Below, one piece after another: positions 19,835-29,312 of a stretch of DNA of 64,000 nucleotides. The position numbers and the translations under genes were made by a program. The notes beneath the pieces were generated by a model. The model was not told the DNA's origin, did no database searches, and worked only from the letters and a program-made list of their open reading frames with translations. The stretch is taken from the IMG/VR virus record IMGVR_UViG_3300017991_000060, positions 53,866-117,865 of that record; one strand, 5' to 3'. This stretch comes from a virus. Position 1 is the first letter of the stretch, and every line of letters starts with the position of its first letter.

Positions 19835-20422
19835 CTACACCGGCGATGGGGAAGGCGGCGCGATAGGTGCCCTCACCATCACTTGGTTGCCAGCGAAGAT
19901 CGTCCGATCCAGCGCGAGCTGCACCGTCGAAACCCATTGCGCTTCCCCGAACCCTACCCCGCGCCCACGCCTCATTTCCTGCCCGTTCAGCGTCACTTCG
20001 ATGCGCCCGTCGTCCTCGAAATCGAGGCCGGACGCCGGAAGGAGGATGACAGGCTGACCGGGTGCCTGTAGAGCCGGGGTGTCTCCAATCACCGTCGCCG
20101 CTCCGCCAGCGTACGACCCGTCCTGGATGTTGATGGGCATGTTGGGCGGTACCGGAGCGCCGGAAAACGTGAGCGTCACCTCTACGAGCTGCCCACCGGC
20201 GTTCACCTTCGCCTGGAGGTCCTCGTCGAGCTCGCTCTCCGCCACCTTGGTACCGGACTCCGACGCCGGGTCGCCCGCCATGAGATCACGGTCCTTCGGG
20301 CCGATGGCGCGCGTGTTCCTGAAGGTGCGGCTGTCGAGCGTCCTCTGGGCGGCGTCGAGCGCGGCCTGGGACTCGCCGTAGGCGTCCTCGCGATCCTGCT
20401 CTCGGATCACCTTCTCCGTCAT
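19835..20422 (-). CDS. Putative virion structural protein
   Basis: ATG overlapping the upstream TGA; C-terminal IEVTLNGQEMRRG...AQWVSTVQLALD resembles the C-terminus of the neighbouring 18722-19825 product (IIIDRNGRQESRG...AYWVSATQIAFS). Confidence 0.55.
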   Translation of the reverse strand: MTEKVIREQDREDAYGESQAALDAAQRTLDSRTFRNTRAIGPKDRDLMAGDPASESGTKVAESELDEDLQAKVNAGGQLVEVTLTFSGAPVPPNMPINIQDGSYAGGAATVIGDTPALQAPGQPVILLPASGLDFEDDGRIEVTLNGQEMRRGRGVGFGEAQWVSTVQLALDRTIFAGNQVMVRAPIAPPSPSPV

Positions 20423-21189
20423 CCGATGTACCCCATCGGCGGGTACGAGGTGAGCGCCGTCTGGAGCTTCTCCTCGACCTCCCGCCACTCTTCCTTCGCC
20501 TCCGTGCGTAGGTCGGCGGCGTCCGTCTGAATCTCCCCGGCCGGTCCTGGGATCGGCCCCCGACTCCCCTGGACACGGGCGAGGATCATCTTGGCCGCGG
20601 CCACACTCGCCCGACGGAAGTAGTGCTGCTGGTCGTACGTGATGTCCTGTAGGCGTCGATCACGCGAGGCGAGGACCATCGCCACGACGCTCTGCCCAGG
20701 CGCGGTGATCCAGAGCTCCCGAGTTTCCGGGTTCCAATGCCACGCGGGCCTGGTGCCGAGCATCCGCTCGTAGGTCCGCTGGCCCATGCTGAACTCGAAG
20801 TACAACCGAGGACCCTGGTACCCCCACCTGGAGATGAACACGTCGCCCGACGGCGTGGTGGCGAGGCCGGAAGTGCGCTGGTCGCGGTCCACGAAACGAA
20901 CATCAAGGATGTTCCGAACGAACCCGATGGGGTACCGCCGGTTGTCCAACCTGGCCTCGTCCGCGAAGAAGGTGATGCGGTAGCCGCCCTCCCCGGTGGG
21001 GGAGGGCACCTCGAACGGGTACCACGCCTTCATCGGCCGGTACATGTTCCAGAGATCGAGGGCGCGGGAGAGGGCAGCGTCCAGGTTGCGTTCGGAAAGG
21101 TCGGGATCCACCCCATCCCCTCCGAGGTCGCCCAGGATGATCTGCCGCCACTCGTCGCGCGTGCGATGGGTGGGGAGTGTCTCGCTCAC
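20419..21189 (-). CDS. Head-tail adaptor / neck protein (gp13-like)
   Basis: IILGDLGGDGVDPDLSERNLDAALSRALD...AAAKMILARVQGS...IQTDAADLRTEAKEEWREVEEKL pattern. Confidence 0.82.
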   Translation of the reverse strand: MSETLPTHRTRDEWRQIILGDLGGDGVDPDLSERNLDAALSRALDLWNMYRPMKAWYPFEVPSPTGEGGYRITFFADEARLDNRRYPIGFVRNILDVRFVDRDQRTSGLATTPSGDVFISRWGYQGPRLYFEFSMGQRTYERMLGTRPAWHWNPETRELWITAPGQSVVAMVLASRDRRLQDITYDQQHYFRRASVAAAKMILARVQGSRGPIPGPAGEIQTDAADLRTEAKEEWREVEEKLQTALTSYPPMGYIG

Positions 21190-21202
21190 GCGACCCTCCT
21201 AC

Positions 21203-21712
21203 CTACAAGCCAATCTCCTCCGAGAGCCTGGTCCGCAAGTCCTCGACGGTGCCTTCGGACTCGACGCCCAGGGCCTCGGCCAGCTTGATGAGCTCAGCCT
21301 TCCGCATGACGAAAAGCTGCCGCTTCGACGTAGGGAGATCCACCTCCCCCTCGTCCTCGGCGGGCTCCTCCTCGGCCTTGGGCGGCTCCACCGGGGGCGG
21401 GATGTCCTCGCCGCCCTTGCGGCCCACCTTCTCGGTGCTCGGGGGAAGGGGCGGAGGCGTGGTCGCCTTGGCCGCCTCGGCCGCCTTGACGGCCTCGGGG
21501 CAGTCGTCGGTGGACTGACCCTCCTCACCACGGCCGCGCGGCTTGGGGGCCGCCGGACGGCTCCCAGGCGGCTCCTCCGTCGGCACGCTGATGTAGCGGT
21601 TGGGGATGTGCTTCGACGCCTCCCGGCTGACCTTGGTGTCCTTCAGGTACGTGCGCGCCTGAGCGCCGTGACGGCCGCCGTGCGAGACGATGACGTTCTG
21701 CCGTGCCTTCAC
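21203..21712 (-). CDS. Pro/Glu-rich protein with C-terminal HeH/Rho-N-like domain
   Basis: GTG start after AAGGAGG; C-terminal LFVMRKAELIKLAEALGVESEGTVEDLRTRL. Confidence 0.65.
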   Translation of the reverse strand: MKARQNVIVSHGGRHGAQARTYLKDTKVSREASKHIPNRYISVPTEEPPGSRPAAPKPRGRGEEGQSTDDCPEAVKAAEAAKATTPPPLPPSTEKVGRKGGEDIPPPVEPPKAEEEPAEDEGEVDLPTSKRQLFVMRKAELIKLAEALGVESEGTVEDLRTRLSEEIGL

Positions 21713-21722
21713 GCCTACCTCC

Positions 21723-22271
21723 TTAGTCGATACCCTGCGCGGCCCTCTCCAGCTCGCCCATGGCGACGGTCTTGTCCGAGATGGGCGGGGGAACCCGGCC
21801 CTCCGCCGCCCGCTTGCGCGCCTTGAGCACCCAGTCGGGAGCCCGGTCGCCCGTGCGGACCTGGCGCACCTTGTCAAGTTCGAGGAGACGGGCGAGGGGG
21901 AGATCCACCACGCGCGCCAGCCCAAGGTTGATGGGCTGGTTGATCTGCTCCACATAGTAGGCTCCCTGGCGACGGTCGCCCACGTCGATGCGGGGGTTGT
22001 CTTGCTTCACCGCGGGCACGCCCTCGGCCGCGACCATCACCGTGCGCGAGCTGGCGTTAATGATGATGTCGCCGGGGCAGCACTGGCCCTCGACCTGGGC
22101 GCAGTCCGGGATGGGCCGGATCTCGGGGAGCGGTGCCCTCGGGTCGAGCCCCATCAGCTCACGCTGTAGGGCCTCGTATTTCTTCGTGTCGAAGTCCGGG
22201 TGCCGGGGGCACTCCGGCGCGTGATCGCGCGAGTTCCAGTCGTAAACGCCCTTCTTCTTCACGTCAGCCAT
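21723..22271 (-). CDS. Hypothetical protein
   Basis: 182 aa ORF with strong SD (TAGGAGG), downstream of the major capsid gene. Confidence 0.7.
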   Translation of the reverse strand: MADVKKKGVYDWNSRDHAPECPRHPDFDTKKYEALQRELMGLDPRAPLPEIRPIPDCAQVEGQCCPGDIIINASSRTVMVAAEGVPAVKQDNPRIDVGDRRQGAYYVEQINQPINLGLARVVDLPLARLLELDKVRQVRTGDRAPDWVLKARKRAAEGRVPPPISDKTVAMGELERAAQGID

Positions 22272-22346
22272 CTTTCTCCGCCTCCTATGTAGGGTTCCGA
22301 GCCTTCAGTCTAGCATACCCCCAGAGAGCGGTTCCAGTACACGGGA

Positions 22347-22370
22347 CGAGCCCGACCGAAGCCGGGCTCG
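22347..22370 (-). terminator. cUUCGg hairpin downstream of major capsid gene (terminator or 3'-stabilising hairpin)
   Basis: CGAGCCCGGC-TTCG-GTCGGGCTCG, 10-bp stem with one G.U; no U-tract follows. Confidence 0.55.
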
Positions 22371-22410
22371 CACACCTACGCGATTGATCGCAACCAGCCT
22401 AGAGGCCGTC

Positions 22411-23871
22411 CTAGAGGCCCGTCACCTGGAAGGTGGCGATGTGGTCGCTGTCCACGATCTTGATGGCGTACTCCGTGAGGAGCGCGAAGTCCTTGCGGAA
22501 GGCGCGCGTGTGGATCGGAGCCTTGTAGAGATCGATGTAGTTCCCCATGACGGCCGCGGTGGAGACGAACTCCGCGCCGCGGTGCGTGAGGAGGCCCTGG
22601 TCGCGGGCGAACGTCGGGTCCGCGAACACGTCGATCCCTTGCTTCGTCAGGCGGCCGACGTACCGCGGCCCGGCCACGCCGTCGTTCGCGTACTTCTGGC
22701 CCTCGAACCCGTCCTGGTAGGCCACCGCGAAGAGGATGCTCGGGTGGATCACCATGACGTTCGGGTGGACCGTCTGGGTGGCTTCCCACACGAGGTCCTG
22801 GAGCCGCTGGATGAAGATCGCCAGCGTCTTCAGGTGGTCGCGGTAGGAGACGCCGACCGGGGCCGTGTTGTCCCAGACCAGCGCGCCGCCCGTGGCGTTG
22901 TTGTAGAGGGTGTTCACGACGTGCTTGAACTTCTCCTGGTTGATGAGCCGCGCGCCCGCCTCGATGATGGTGGGCTCCGCGTCGATCCCGAAGTCGTTCA
23001 TGAAGTCGATGACGGCCTGGTGCGACCAGGAGGCACCGAGCGCCCGCGGGAGCGCCTCAACGGTTTCCGCCCGGAGGAGGATGCCGTACTCGGGGAGCTG
23101 GAGGGCCGCCTCGATGTTGTACTGGTAGTCGCACGCCACCGCGCCCGAAGTCGCCGCCGCGAAGCGGACGCTCACCGCGCGGGTGAGGTAGTCGATGGAG
23201 TTCGTGAACCCGCCGCCGGGCGCGCCCACGTTGCCGATAAGGTTCCCGTTCCGGTCGTCGCGGATGACCTGGGTGCCGTCCGTCATGACGAAGGTGCCGG
23301 GGATGATCGGCCCGTACCCGACGTTGACGTTGTAGGTCGCGGAACCAGCCACGCCGACAACCTCGCCGGGGATGTTGTTGCTGCTGAAGTCCTGGGTGCC
23401 GCGGAACCCGGCCAGGGCATCGAACATCTTCGCGCGGTCGGGGATGTTGCCCTTCCCGCGCTCCGTCACGATGTCCAAGTAGTGGATACGGGCGCTCTTG
23501 CTGGGGAGCGGCTGCACCGAGATCACCCGGTCGATGATGTCGTCCGCCTGGGCGCTCGCGATGAGGGCGAGTCCGTTCTTGATCCAGGCCGGGATCGACG
23601 CCCGCGAAGTCTCCTCCAGCCTACCGGCGGAGAAGTCACCGAGGGTCTGCTTCAGGAAGTTCTCCATCAGCATCGCCGTGCGGACGGCCTTCATGGGGTC
23701 GATGTGCCCGGTGTGGTCCTCCAGGATCTCCATCGGGTTCATCGTCTTGGAAATGTTGTAGTCCGGGAGGCTGAACCTCCGGTACTTCTCGACCAGCGCC
23801 CGCTTGGACTGCACGAGACGTTCCTCGATGCTGCGGGCGCGCTGAATCTGCTTCCTGGTGGCGAGAGGCAT
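22411..23871 (-). CDS. Major capsid protein (T4 gp23-like) with inserted beta-domain
   Basis: ADDIIDRVISVQPLPSKSARIHYL, ETVEALPRALGASWS, EAGARLINQE, YIDLY pattern; follows protease and scaffold genes. Confidence 0.93.
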   Translation of the reverse strand: MPLATRKQIQRARSIEERLVQSKRALVEKYRRFSLPDYNISKTMNPMEILEDHTGHIDPMKAVRTAMLMENFLKQTLGDFSAGRLEETSRASIPAWIKNGLALIASAQADDIIDRVISVQPLPSKSARIHYLDIVTERGKGNIPDRAKMFDALAGFRGTQDFSSNNIPGEVVGVAGSATYNVNVGYGPIIPGTFVMTDGTQVIRDDRNGNLIGNVGAPGGGFTNSIDYLTRAVSVRFAAATSGAVACDYQYNIEAALQLPEYGILLRAETVEALPRALGASWSHQAVIDFMNDFGIDAEPTIIEAGARLINQEKFKHVVNTLYNNATGGALVWDNTAPVGVSYRDHLKTLAIFIQRLQDLVWEATQTVHPNVMVIHPSILFAVAYQDGFEGQKYANDGVAGPRYVGRLTKQGIDVFADPTFARDQGLLTHRGAEFVSTAAVMGNYIDLYKAPIHTRAFRKDFALLTEYAIKIVDSDHIATFQVTGL

Positions 23872-23904
23872 ATCCTCTTTCCTCCTTCTTTCTACGAAGC
23901 CCTA

Positions 23905-25479
23905 CTACTCGCCAAGCGACGACGCCCGCGCCTGGCTCGCCTCGCGCTGACGCATACGATGCGCCTTCGCGCGGCTGAACGTGTCGGCTTCAGCCGACTC
24001 GCTCAGGGTGTCCAGGGGCGCGCCGTCCGATTCCGTCAGCGGGCCGGTGGGCGCTCCGGGAGTGGCCGTGCTGGTCACACTGGCCTTCCTGGTCGCCGCC
24101 GTCCCGAGCGGAGCCGAACCGCTCGCCTCATGGATCGCGTGCACGAGAGCGTTGGCCTCCGCCTCCAACACCTCGACATCCTTGCACTCCGCGAGGCGGC
24201 CTTCCAGCCTACGGAGCTCGGGGTGATCCCGCATGAGCTCCTCCATCTTGTGCTGGACCGCCATCTCGGAAACCAGTCCGCGGAGGGTGGCGTTCTCCCG
24301 CTCCAGGCTCCCGATCTCGTCCTGGAAGTAGGATTCCGCCGCCTCACGCTTCCGGCGTTGCCGTGCGATCTTCCCGATGTTCCGCGGTTTGGAAAGCCGC
24401 TTTCCGGTCTTGCCGCCCTTGCCCTTCGACGCCTTGCGAAGCGCGGCGCGCTTCTTCTTCTTGCCCTTCGCAGCGATGCGCTGGCCGTCGTCACGGGCTG
24501 GGCCGATCTTCAGCCCGTACTTCCGGGCGTACTCGGCGCGGTGCTTCGCCGCCCAGGGCATGTCGAACTCCTCGGAGTCGGGGTCGAACATCTTGGCGAA
24601 CATGGACCGCATGGAGCCAGCGCCCTTCGGACCCTTCTTCTCGTCGAGGTCGTACTCGTCGTAGTCCTCGGTGAGCAGGTTCCGCGGCCCGTAGGTGACG
24701 GACTCGGCGGCGGCCTTCCGCTTGGACTTCTTCGGCTTGGTCTTGGTCATACCAAGCATCTTGGCGATGTCGCGGCGCTTGCCGGTGCGCTTCCCGGTCT
24801 TGCCGCCCTTGCCCTTCGACTGCTGGCGCTTCTTGCGCCGGAGCTCCAGGGCCTTCTTCCCGGCGGCCGGGACGCGAAGGCCGTCGCGGGCCATCTTCAC
24901 CTGGAGGCCGTACCGCCGGGCGTACTCGGCGCGGTGCTCCGCCGCCCAGGGCATGTCGAACTCCTCACTCTCGGGGTCCCACATCTTGGCGAACATGGAC
25001 CGCATGGAGCCAGCGCCCTTCGGACCCTTCTTCTCGGTGATGTAGCCGCCCGTCTCGAACACGTCCGCGAAGGCGGCCTCAGCCAGCTCCTCGGGGGCGG
25101 CGAGGGCGTACATCGCCTGGTTGAGCTGGGCGCGTACGTAGGGGTCATCCCGCGGGTCCTCGTACTCGGACTCGTACCCTTCGGTGAAATCCTCGATGTC
25201 GAGGTCCTCGTCCTCGTCGTACTCCGCGAGGAACCCGGCACGCCGAACGAGGTCGCCCTCATCGTCGTACTCTTGCATCTCGATCAGGCGGTCCTGGCCG
25301 TTGAAGATGAAGTGGACCCAGCCGCCCGTGCTCCTATTGTCGGCCCGGAACGCGTAGGCCGGTTGCAGCACACTCATTTCAAAAACCTCCTCTTCCTCCT
25401 CGTCGTCGTCCCACTCAGGGCCGCCGGGAGGGGCGTAGGCCCTTTCGGTACCGTACCAGGGATCGGCTGGGAAGCCCAT
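23905..25479 (-). CDS. Prohead core/scaffold protein with duplicated basic module
   Basis: Between protease and capsid genes; alternating acidic and basic blocks; C-terminal coiled coil (EIGSLERENATLRGLVSEM). Confidence 0.75.
   Translation of the reverse strand: MGFPADPWYGTERAYAPPGGPEWDDDEEEEEVFEMSVLQPAYAFRADNRSTGGWVHFIFNGQDRLIEMQEYDDEGDLVRRAGFLAEYDEDEDLDIEDFTEGYESEYEDPRDDPYVRAQLNQAMYALAAPEELAEAAFADVFETGGYITEKKGPKGAGSMRSMFAKMWDPESEEFDMPWAAEHRAEYARRYGLQVKMARDGLRVPAAGKKALELRRKKRQQSKGKGGKTGKRTGKRRDIAKMLGMTKTKPKKSKRKAAAESVTYGPRNLLTEDYDEYDLDEKKGPKGAGSMRSMFAKMFDPDSEEFDMPWAAKHRAEYARKYGLKIGPARDDGQRIAAKGKKKKRAALRKASKGKGGKTGKRLSKPRNIGKIARQRRKREAAESYFQDEIGSLERENATLRGLVSEMAVQHKMEELMRDHPELRRLEGRLAECKDVEVLEAEANALVHAIHEASGSAPLGTAATRKASVTSTATPGAPTGPLTESDGAPLDTLSESAEADTFSRAKAHRMRQREASQARASSLGE
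24401..25036 (-). repeat. Internal direct duplication (about 245 bp, period about 390 bp) in scaffold gene
   Basis: 24401-24643 versus 24791-25036; both copies encode EKKGPKGAGSMRSMFAKMxDPxSEEFDMPWAAxHRAEYARxYGL...SKGKGGKTGKR. Confidence 0.92.
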
Positions 25480-25490
25480 GCCCGTTCACC

Positions 25491-27770
25491 TCACCGAATG
25501 CGACGACCGGCCGCTTCGGCATTCTGCACCCAGTCGCCCATCGTCGTGTACTCCATCTCGCCGGACTCCACATCGAGCACGATGGTGGCGCTGTACGTGT
25601 CGCCGGTGTTGATGTACTCCGCGATGATGTCGCCATGGTAGTTGTCCCACGGGTCGTCGTCATCCTCGGAGGCGCGGATCACCTCGACACCGAAGCCGCC
25701 CACCAAGTCGTTGATGCGCCACAAGATGTTGGACGCCTGCCGCGAGCTACCACCGCGGCGCATCAGGCTGATGACCTTGCGCGCGGTGCCCTCGTCCTCG
25801 ACGAAGCCGTCCCGGATCATCTCGGACGGGCTGGGAGGGCGGGTGGCCTCTGCCAAGTCGTACTCCATCTCGTAGAAGTCGGAGTCCATGTCGAGGTCGT
25901 ACTCGGAGACGCGCCCGATGGGGCCGCGGCCCCGGCCGACGCCCATCCCACGCCCGCGCCCACCGGACCTGATTCGGCGGCCTGGCGTCGGGCAGGACTC
26001 TTCCTCGTCGTCCTCGTCGTCGGCCTCTTCATCATCAACCTCGGCGTAGTAGGACTCCTCCTCCGGCTCGTCGTCTTCTTCGTCGTCTTCTTCGTCGTCT
26101 TCTTCGTCGTCGTCTTCCTCGTCCTCCTCGTCCATCATGTCATCGTAGTCGAAGAGGAGTTCAGGGTCGCCGTACTCGTCGAGCTCCACATCGTCCGGGT
26201 CGAGGTCGAGGTCGATGTCCTCCGGGTCGTTGAGTGCGGGCTCGTCCATCGGGGTCCCGCTCATCTCCGCGAGGGACACCTGGCCGACGGTCATCTGGTA
26301 CACGGGAATACCAAGGTCAGCGTTGTAGTTCTCGTCGTCGATCTCTTCGACGCCTTCTCTCACGCGAAGCCTGGCCATCTCGCTCTCCTCCATGATCTCG
26401 ACGCCAGCGGCATCGAGGACGCGCCGGATGTGATCCACGGCCTGCTTGGTGTCGCTGTAGCCGGTGTGCACCGTGACCACGCCATTCGCGTTGTCCACCC
26501 CAAGGAACCCGGCCTTGGACAGCGCGCTCGCCGCCTGGTCGGCCTCCTTGGAATTGTTGAAGTCGTCCAGGCGCACGGTAGTGCCGTCGATAATTCCGGT
26601 GTCGCGGATCATGTAAGACTCCGCTTTGCCGCCCTTCTTCTTCGGCGGCGGCACCTTCATCCTTTTCCTACGGGCCGCGGAGATGGCCGCGGCGACCGCA
26701 CGCTTCTGGGGGTACTTCTTGCCCTTCTGGGGTCCTTTGGACGGGCCGCGCTTCACCAGCTTGCCGACTTCCTTGCTGATGAACTCGCGGGCCTTCGGGG
26801 AGTAGGCGCGCTTCTTCTTCGCCTTCTTCTCGACGATGCCCATCTCCGAAAGGACCGCCTCACCCACCACACGGGCGAGGTGCGTCTCCGCGGCGTCCTT
26901 GCACGCCTGGCGCGTCCTAAGCCCACTAGCGATGAGGGTCGGCCGGAGGTTGTGGATGTGGAGGTACACGTCCCAGGTCCCATCGTTGTCGTAGGCGCGA
27001 TAGTGCCCGGCTTCGTCCGGGGTCGAGAGGATAAACTCGTTGTACCCCGTCGGCACGACGCCGCCACCAGCCATCTCGCCAGCTTCGGAGATGTCCCGCT
27101 TCAGGGCTTCCTCCGTCTCCTGGAGGGCCATGACGTGGGCCTTCGCCTCGTCTCCGCCGCACGACTCCAAAAGCGCCTGGCGGGACTCCGCGATCCTACG
27201 TGCGGCCACCTCGGAACCTGGGGTGCTCTCGTCGAGCACGCAGTCCCAGGTGACGGGCTCGAAATCCTCCTGGACGACATCGACCCCCTCCACCGTGATG
27301 GTGGAGCCGTTGCCCCTAGAGGAAAGCCCAAAGCCCGCGCGGTCCTCGATGTAGTTGCTGACGATCTTCCCGTCCGGGGTGCTCATCGTCTCGAACACGA
27401 TGTACACCTCGCCGTCCTTATCCGGCGGGCGGACCTCGGTGATGATAACCGCGCCCTTATCCATCGAGGAACGGCCAGTGCTCGGGTGCTCCAACTGACC
27501 GATGACCCTACGCCGCTTCACCTTCTCCATGAAAGAGCTGCGCGGGTGGGCGTGGCGGCCCCAGGTCGTCTCGGCCGGGTACCGCCGGTTGTTCTTGTTC
27601 TTCCCCAAGCCGCGCCCCGTGGACTCCACGAAGCAATGCTGGGCCTTCACCGGACCCACACGATACCGGCCGCGGGGGAGCTTCTTGATGATGTCGCTCG
27701 ACTCGTCGAGCCGGGTCAGGTCGATCCAGAACGTCTCTTTGAGGGCGCGGCGCTGCGCTGTGATCGTCAT
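25491..27770 (-). CDS. Prohead protease (T4 gp21-like) with long C-terminal extension
   Basis: KNKNNRRYP, IGQLEHP, GFGLSSRGNGS, TWDCVLDESTPGS are gp21-type motifs; about 550 extra residues follow. Confidence 0.93.
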   Translation of the reverse strand: MTITAQRRALKETFWIDLTRLDESSDIIKKLPRGRYRVGPVKAQHCFVESTGRGLGKNKNNRRYPAETTWGRHAHPRSSFMEKVKRRRVIGQLEHPSTGRSSMDKGAVIITEVRPPDKDGEVYIVFETMSTPDGKIVSNYIEDRAGFGLSSRGNGSTITVEGVDVVQEDFEPVTWDCVLDESTPGSEVAARRIAESRQALLESCGGDEAKAHVMALQETEEALKRDISEAGEMAGGGVVPTGYNEFILSTPDEAGHYRAYDNDGTWDVYLHIHNLRPTLIASGLRTRQACKDAAETHLARVVGEAVLSEMGIVEKKAKKKRAYSPKAREFISKEVGKLVKRGPSKGPQKGKKYPQKRAVAAAISAARRKRMKVPPPKKKGGKAESYMIRDTGIIDGTTVRLDDFNNSKEADQAASALSKAGFLGVDNANGVVTVHTGYSDTKQAVDHIRRVLDAAGVEIMEESEMARLRVREGVEEIDDENYNADLGIPVYQMTVGQVSLAEMSGTPMDEPALNDPEDIDLDLDPDDVELDEYGDPELLFDYDDMMDEEDEEDDDEEDDEEDDEEDDEPEEESYYAEVDDEEADDEDDEEESCPTPGRRIRSGGRGRGMGVGRGRGPIGRVSEYDLDMDSDFYEMEYDLAEATRPPSPSEMIRDGFVEDEGTARKVISLMRRGGSSRQASNILWRINDLVGGFGVEVIRASEDDDDPWDNYHGDIIAEYINTGDTYSATIVLDVESGEMEYTTMGDWVQNAEAAGRRIR
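26070..26130 (-). repeat. Short 12-bp tandem repeat encoding a poly-acidic (EDDE)n tract
   Basis: TCTTCGTCGTCT-type units on the plus strand; protein DEEDEEDDDEEDDEEDDEEDDE. Confidence 0.8.
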
Positions 27771-28207
27771 CGGAGCCTGCCCCTACCTTCCAAGTACTGC
27801 CTGAACGGAGACGACGGAATCGGCCGCTTCCGTCGCATGAACGAGAAACGCGGCACCCCAGCCGACGCCTCCTGGAGCTGACGTTGACGCCTCCCCTTCG
27901 CCACGAACCGCTGTAGTGGGGTCGGCTCGTCGATGTCCGGTATCTCCTCGATGTCGCCGGTCCTGGTGTCGAACCGGATGTGCTGCGCCGCGCTGAGGGA
28001 CTCCTTCAAGTCGCGCTCCCTCGGAAGGTGGATGAACCACGCGAGGTGCTCCTGAAGGTCCATCCGGATGAGGTAGGTTTCGGACGCCGTGAAGTCGTCG
28101 TTCGGCACCTGGAGCACCACGCGGGGGTCCGTCGGGTGATCGCGATGGAACAGGACCACCTTCGGGAGATCACCCACCTTCGGCAACGGGAGCCGCTTCG
28201 CCATCAC
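27767..28207 (-). CDS. Hypothetical protein
   Basis: 146 aa ORF translationally coupled to the protease gene. Confidence 0.7.
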   Translation of the reverse strand: MMAKRLPLPKVGDLPKVVLFHRDHPTDPRVVLQVPNDDFTASETYLIRMDLQEHLAWFIHLPRERDLKESLSAAQHIRFDTRTGDIEEIPDIDEPTPLQRFVAKGRRQRQLQEASAGVPRFSFMRRKRPIPSSPFRQYLEGRGRLR

Positions 28208-29281
28208 CTACCTCAGCAGAGAGTCCCATTCGAGGAACACGTCAAGCGGACGGTACGAACATCCGTGCTCGTAGTTCACGGTGACGTTGCCAGCCACAGC
28301 GGCGGCGTTCAGATCGACGTGCCACGCCCCGGTCTGGTAGTCCACCTGGCCGTCGCCTCCCGCGCCGACCAGACGGCCCGCACCGTCGTCGCGAAGCACA
28401 CCGGCCCCGCCGGTGAGCGTGACGACGATGGAGCCCGGAACCAGGTTCTCGTGCCCGTTCGGCCAGAGGGGAGGCGCGGCGGCGTTCGACTCCACCACCG
28501 TCTCACCACCTACGGCCGTGAATAGGGTCGCGCCAGCCACGGCCATGCCAGCCCACCGCATCCGGAGCAGTTCGCGGTTGGCCTCGGCCACCCCACCCGG
28601 CATCGGGAGGAGGTGCGTCGCCCGGCCCTTCTGCGCCAGCGAACCGGCCTGGGCCGGGGCGAACGCGGCGTACGTCGGGACGTGCTGCGTCTCCTCGATG
28701 CTGTCTCCGCCGACCACGTTCAGGACCCGCGTGCGCGAACGGAACTGCACCCCGCCAACCGTGAAGGCCGCCGGGAGCGGTGCGCGCTCGAACAGATAGG
28801 GTTGGACGTTCACGCCGCCGTTCAGCGTCTCGCCGCCGGACAGAGGACCCTCAGCTACGAAGGCTTCCGAGGGTACCAGCGTGATGACGGCCGCCGTCAC
28901 ATCCGCGATGGTGTACACGCCAGCGTTGAGGGGGCTGGTCACGACGAGCCGCATACCGGGGGCGTAGCCGTCCGCGATGAACGAACCGGCGCTCCTGGTG
29001 ACGGTGCTCGGCGGACCGGCCGCCCAGGTCAGCGTCGGAGGCCCGGCCGCCACCACTTCGGTAGGGCTGGGAAGTCCATCGCTGGCCTCGTTGAGTTCGG
29101 TGGGCCGGTCCACACGGGCATGGACCTGAGCCCCGACCGGGATATCCTCGAACACGAGAACGCCCGGCTTACGGCGAATGACGGGCCGCTCGCCGTTCGG
29201 AAGCACCGTCGCCAAGGCGAAGGTCCCGTCCTCCCCGCCGAGGCGGAGGCGCGCGTGCCTTTCGACTCTGATGACGCTCAT
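28208..29281 (-). CDS. Putative virion structural protein with DDGxG/DYxTG module
   Basis: LVPGSIVVT...RDDGAGRLVGAGGDGQVDYQTGAWHV. Confidence 0.65.
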   Translation of the reverse strand: MSVIRVERHARLRLGGEDGTFALATVLPNGERPVIRRKPGVLVFEDIPVGAQVHARVDRPTELNEASDGLPSPTEVVAAGPPTLTWAAGPPSTVTRSAGSFIADGYAPGMRLVVTSPLNAGVYTIADVTAAVITLVPSEAFVAEGPLSGGETLNGGVNVQPYLFERAPLPAAFTVGGVQFRSRTRVLNVVGGDSIEETQHVPTYAAFAPAQAGSLAQKGRATHLLPMPGGVAEANRELLRMRWAGMAVAGATLFTAVGGETVVESNAAAPPLWPNGHENLVPGSIVVTLTGGAGVLRDDGAGRLVGAGGDGQVDYQTGAWHVDLNAAAVAGNVTVNYEHGCSYRPLDVFLEWDSLLR

Positions 29282-29312
29282 CAGGTGCCTCCTTCAGTGA
29301 GGGCCTCAGCTC

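Noticed and set aside
16334-22340. Phage-specific late promoter TGGAAC...TA (seen at about 16415 and about 22335)
   Set aside because: Only two instances with inconsistent spacing; not found at other late-gene starts.
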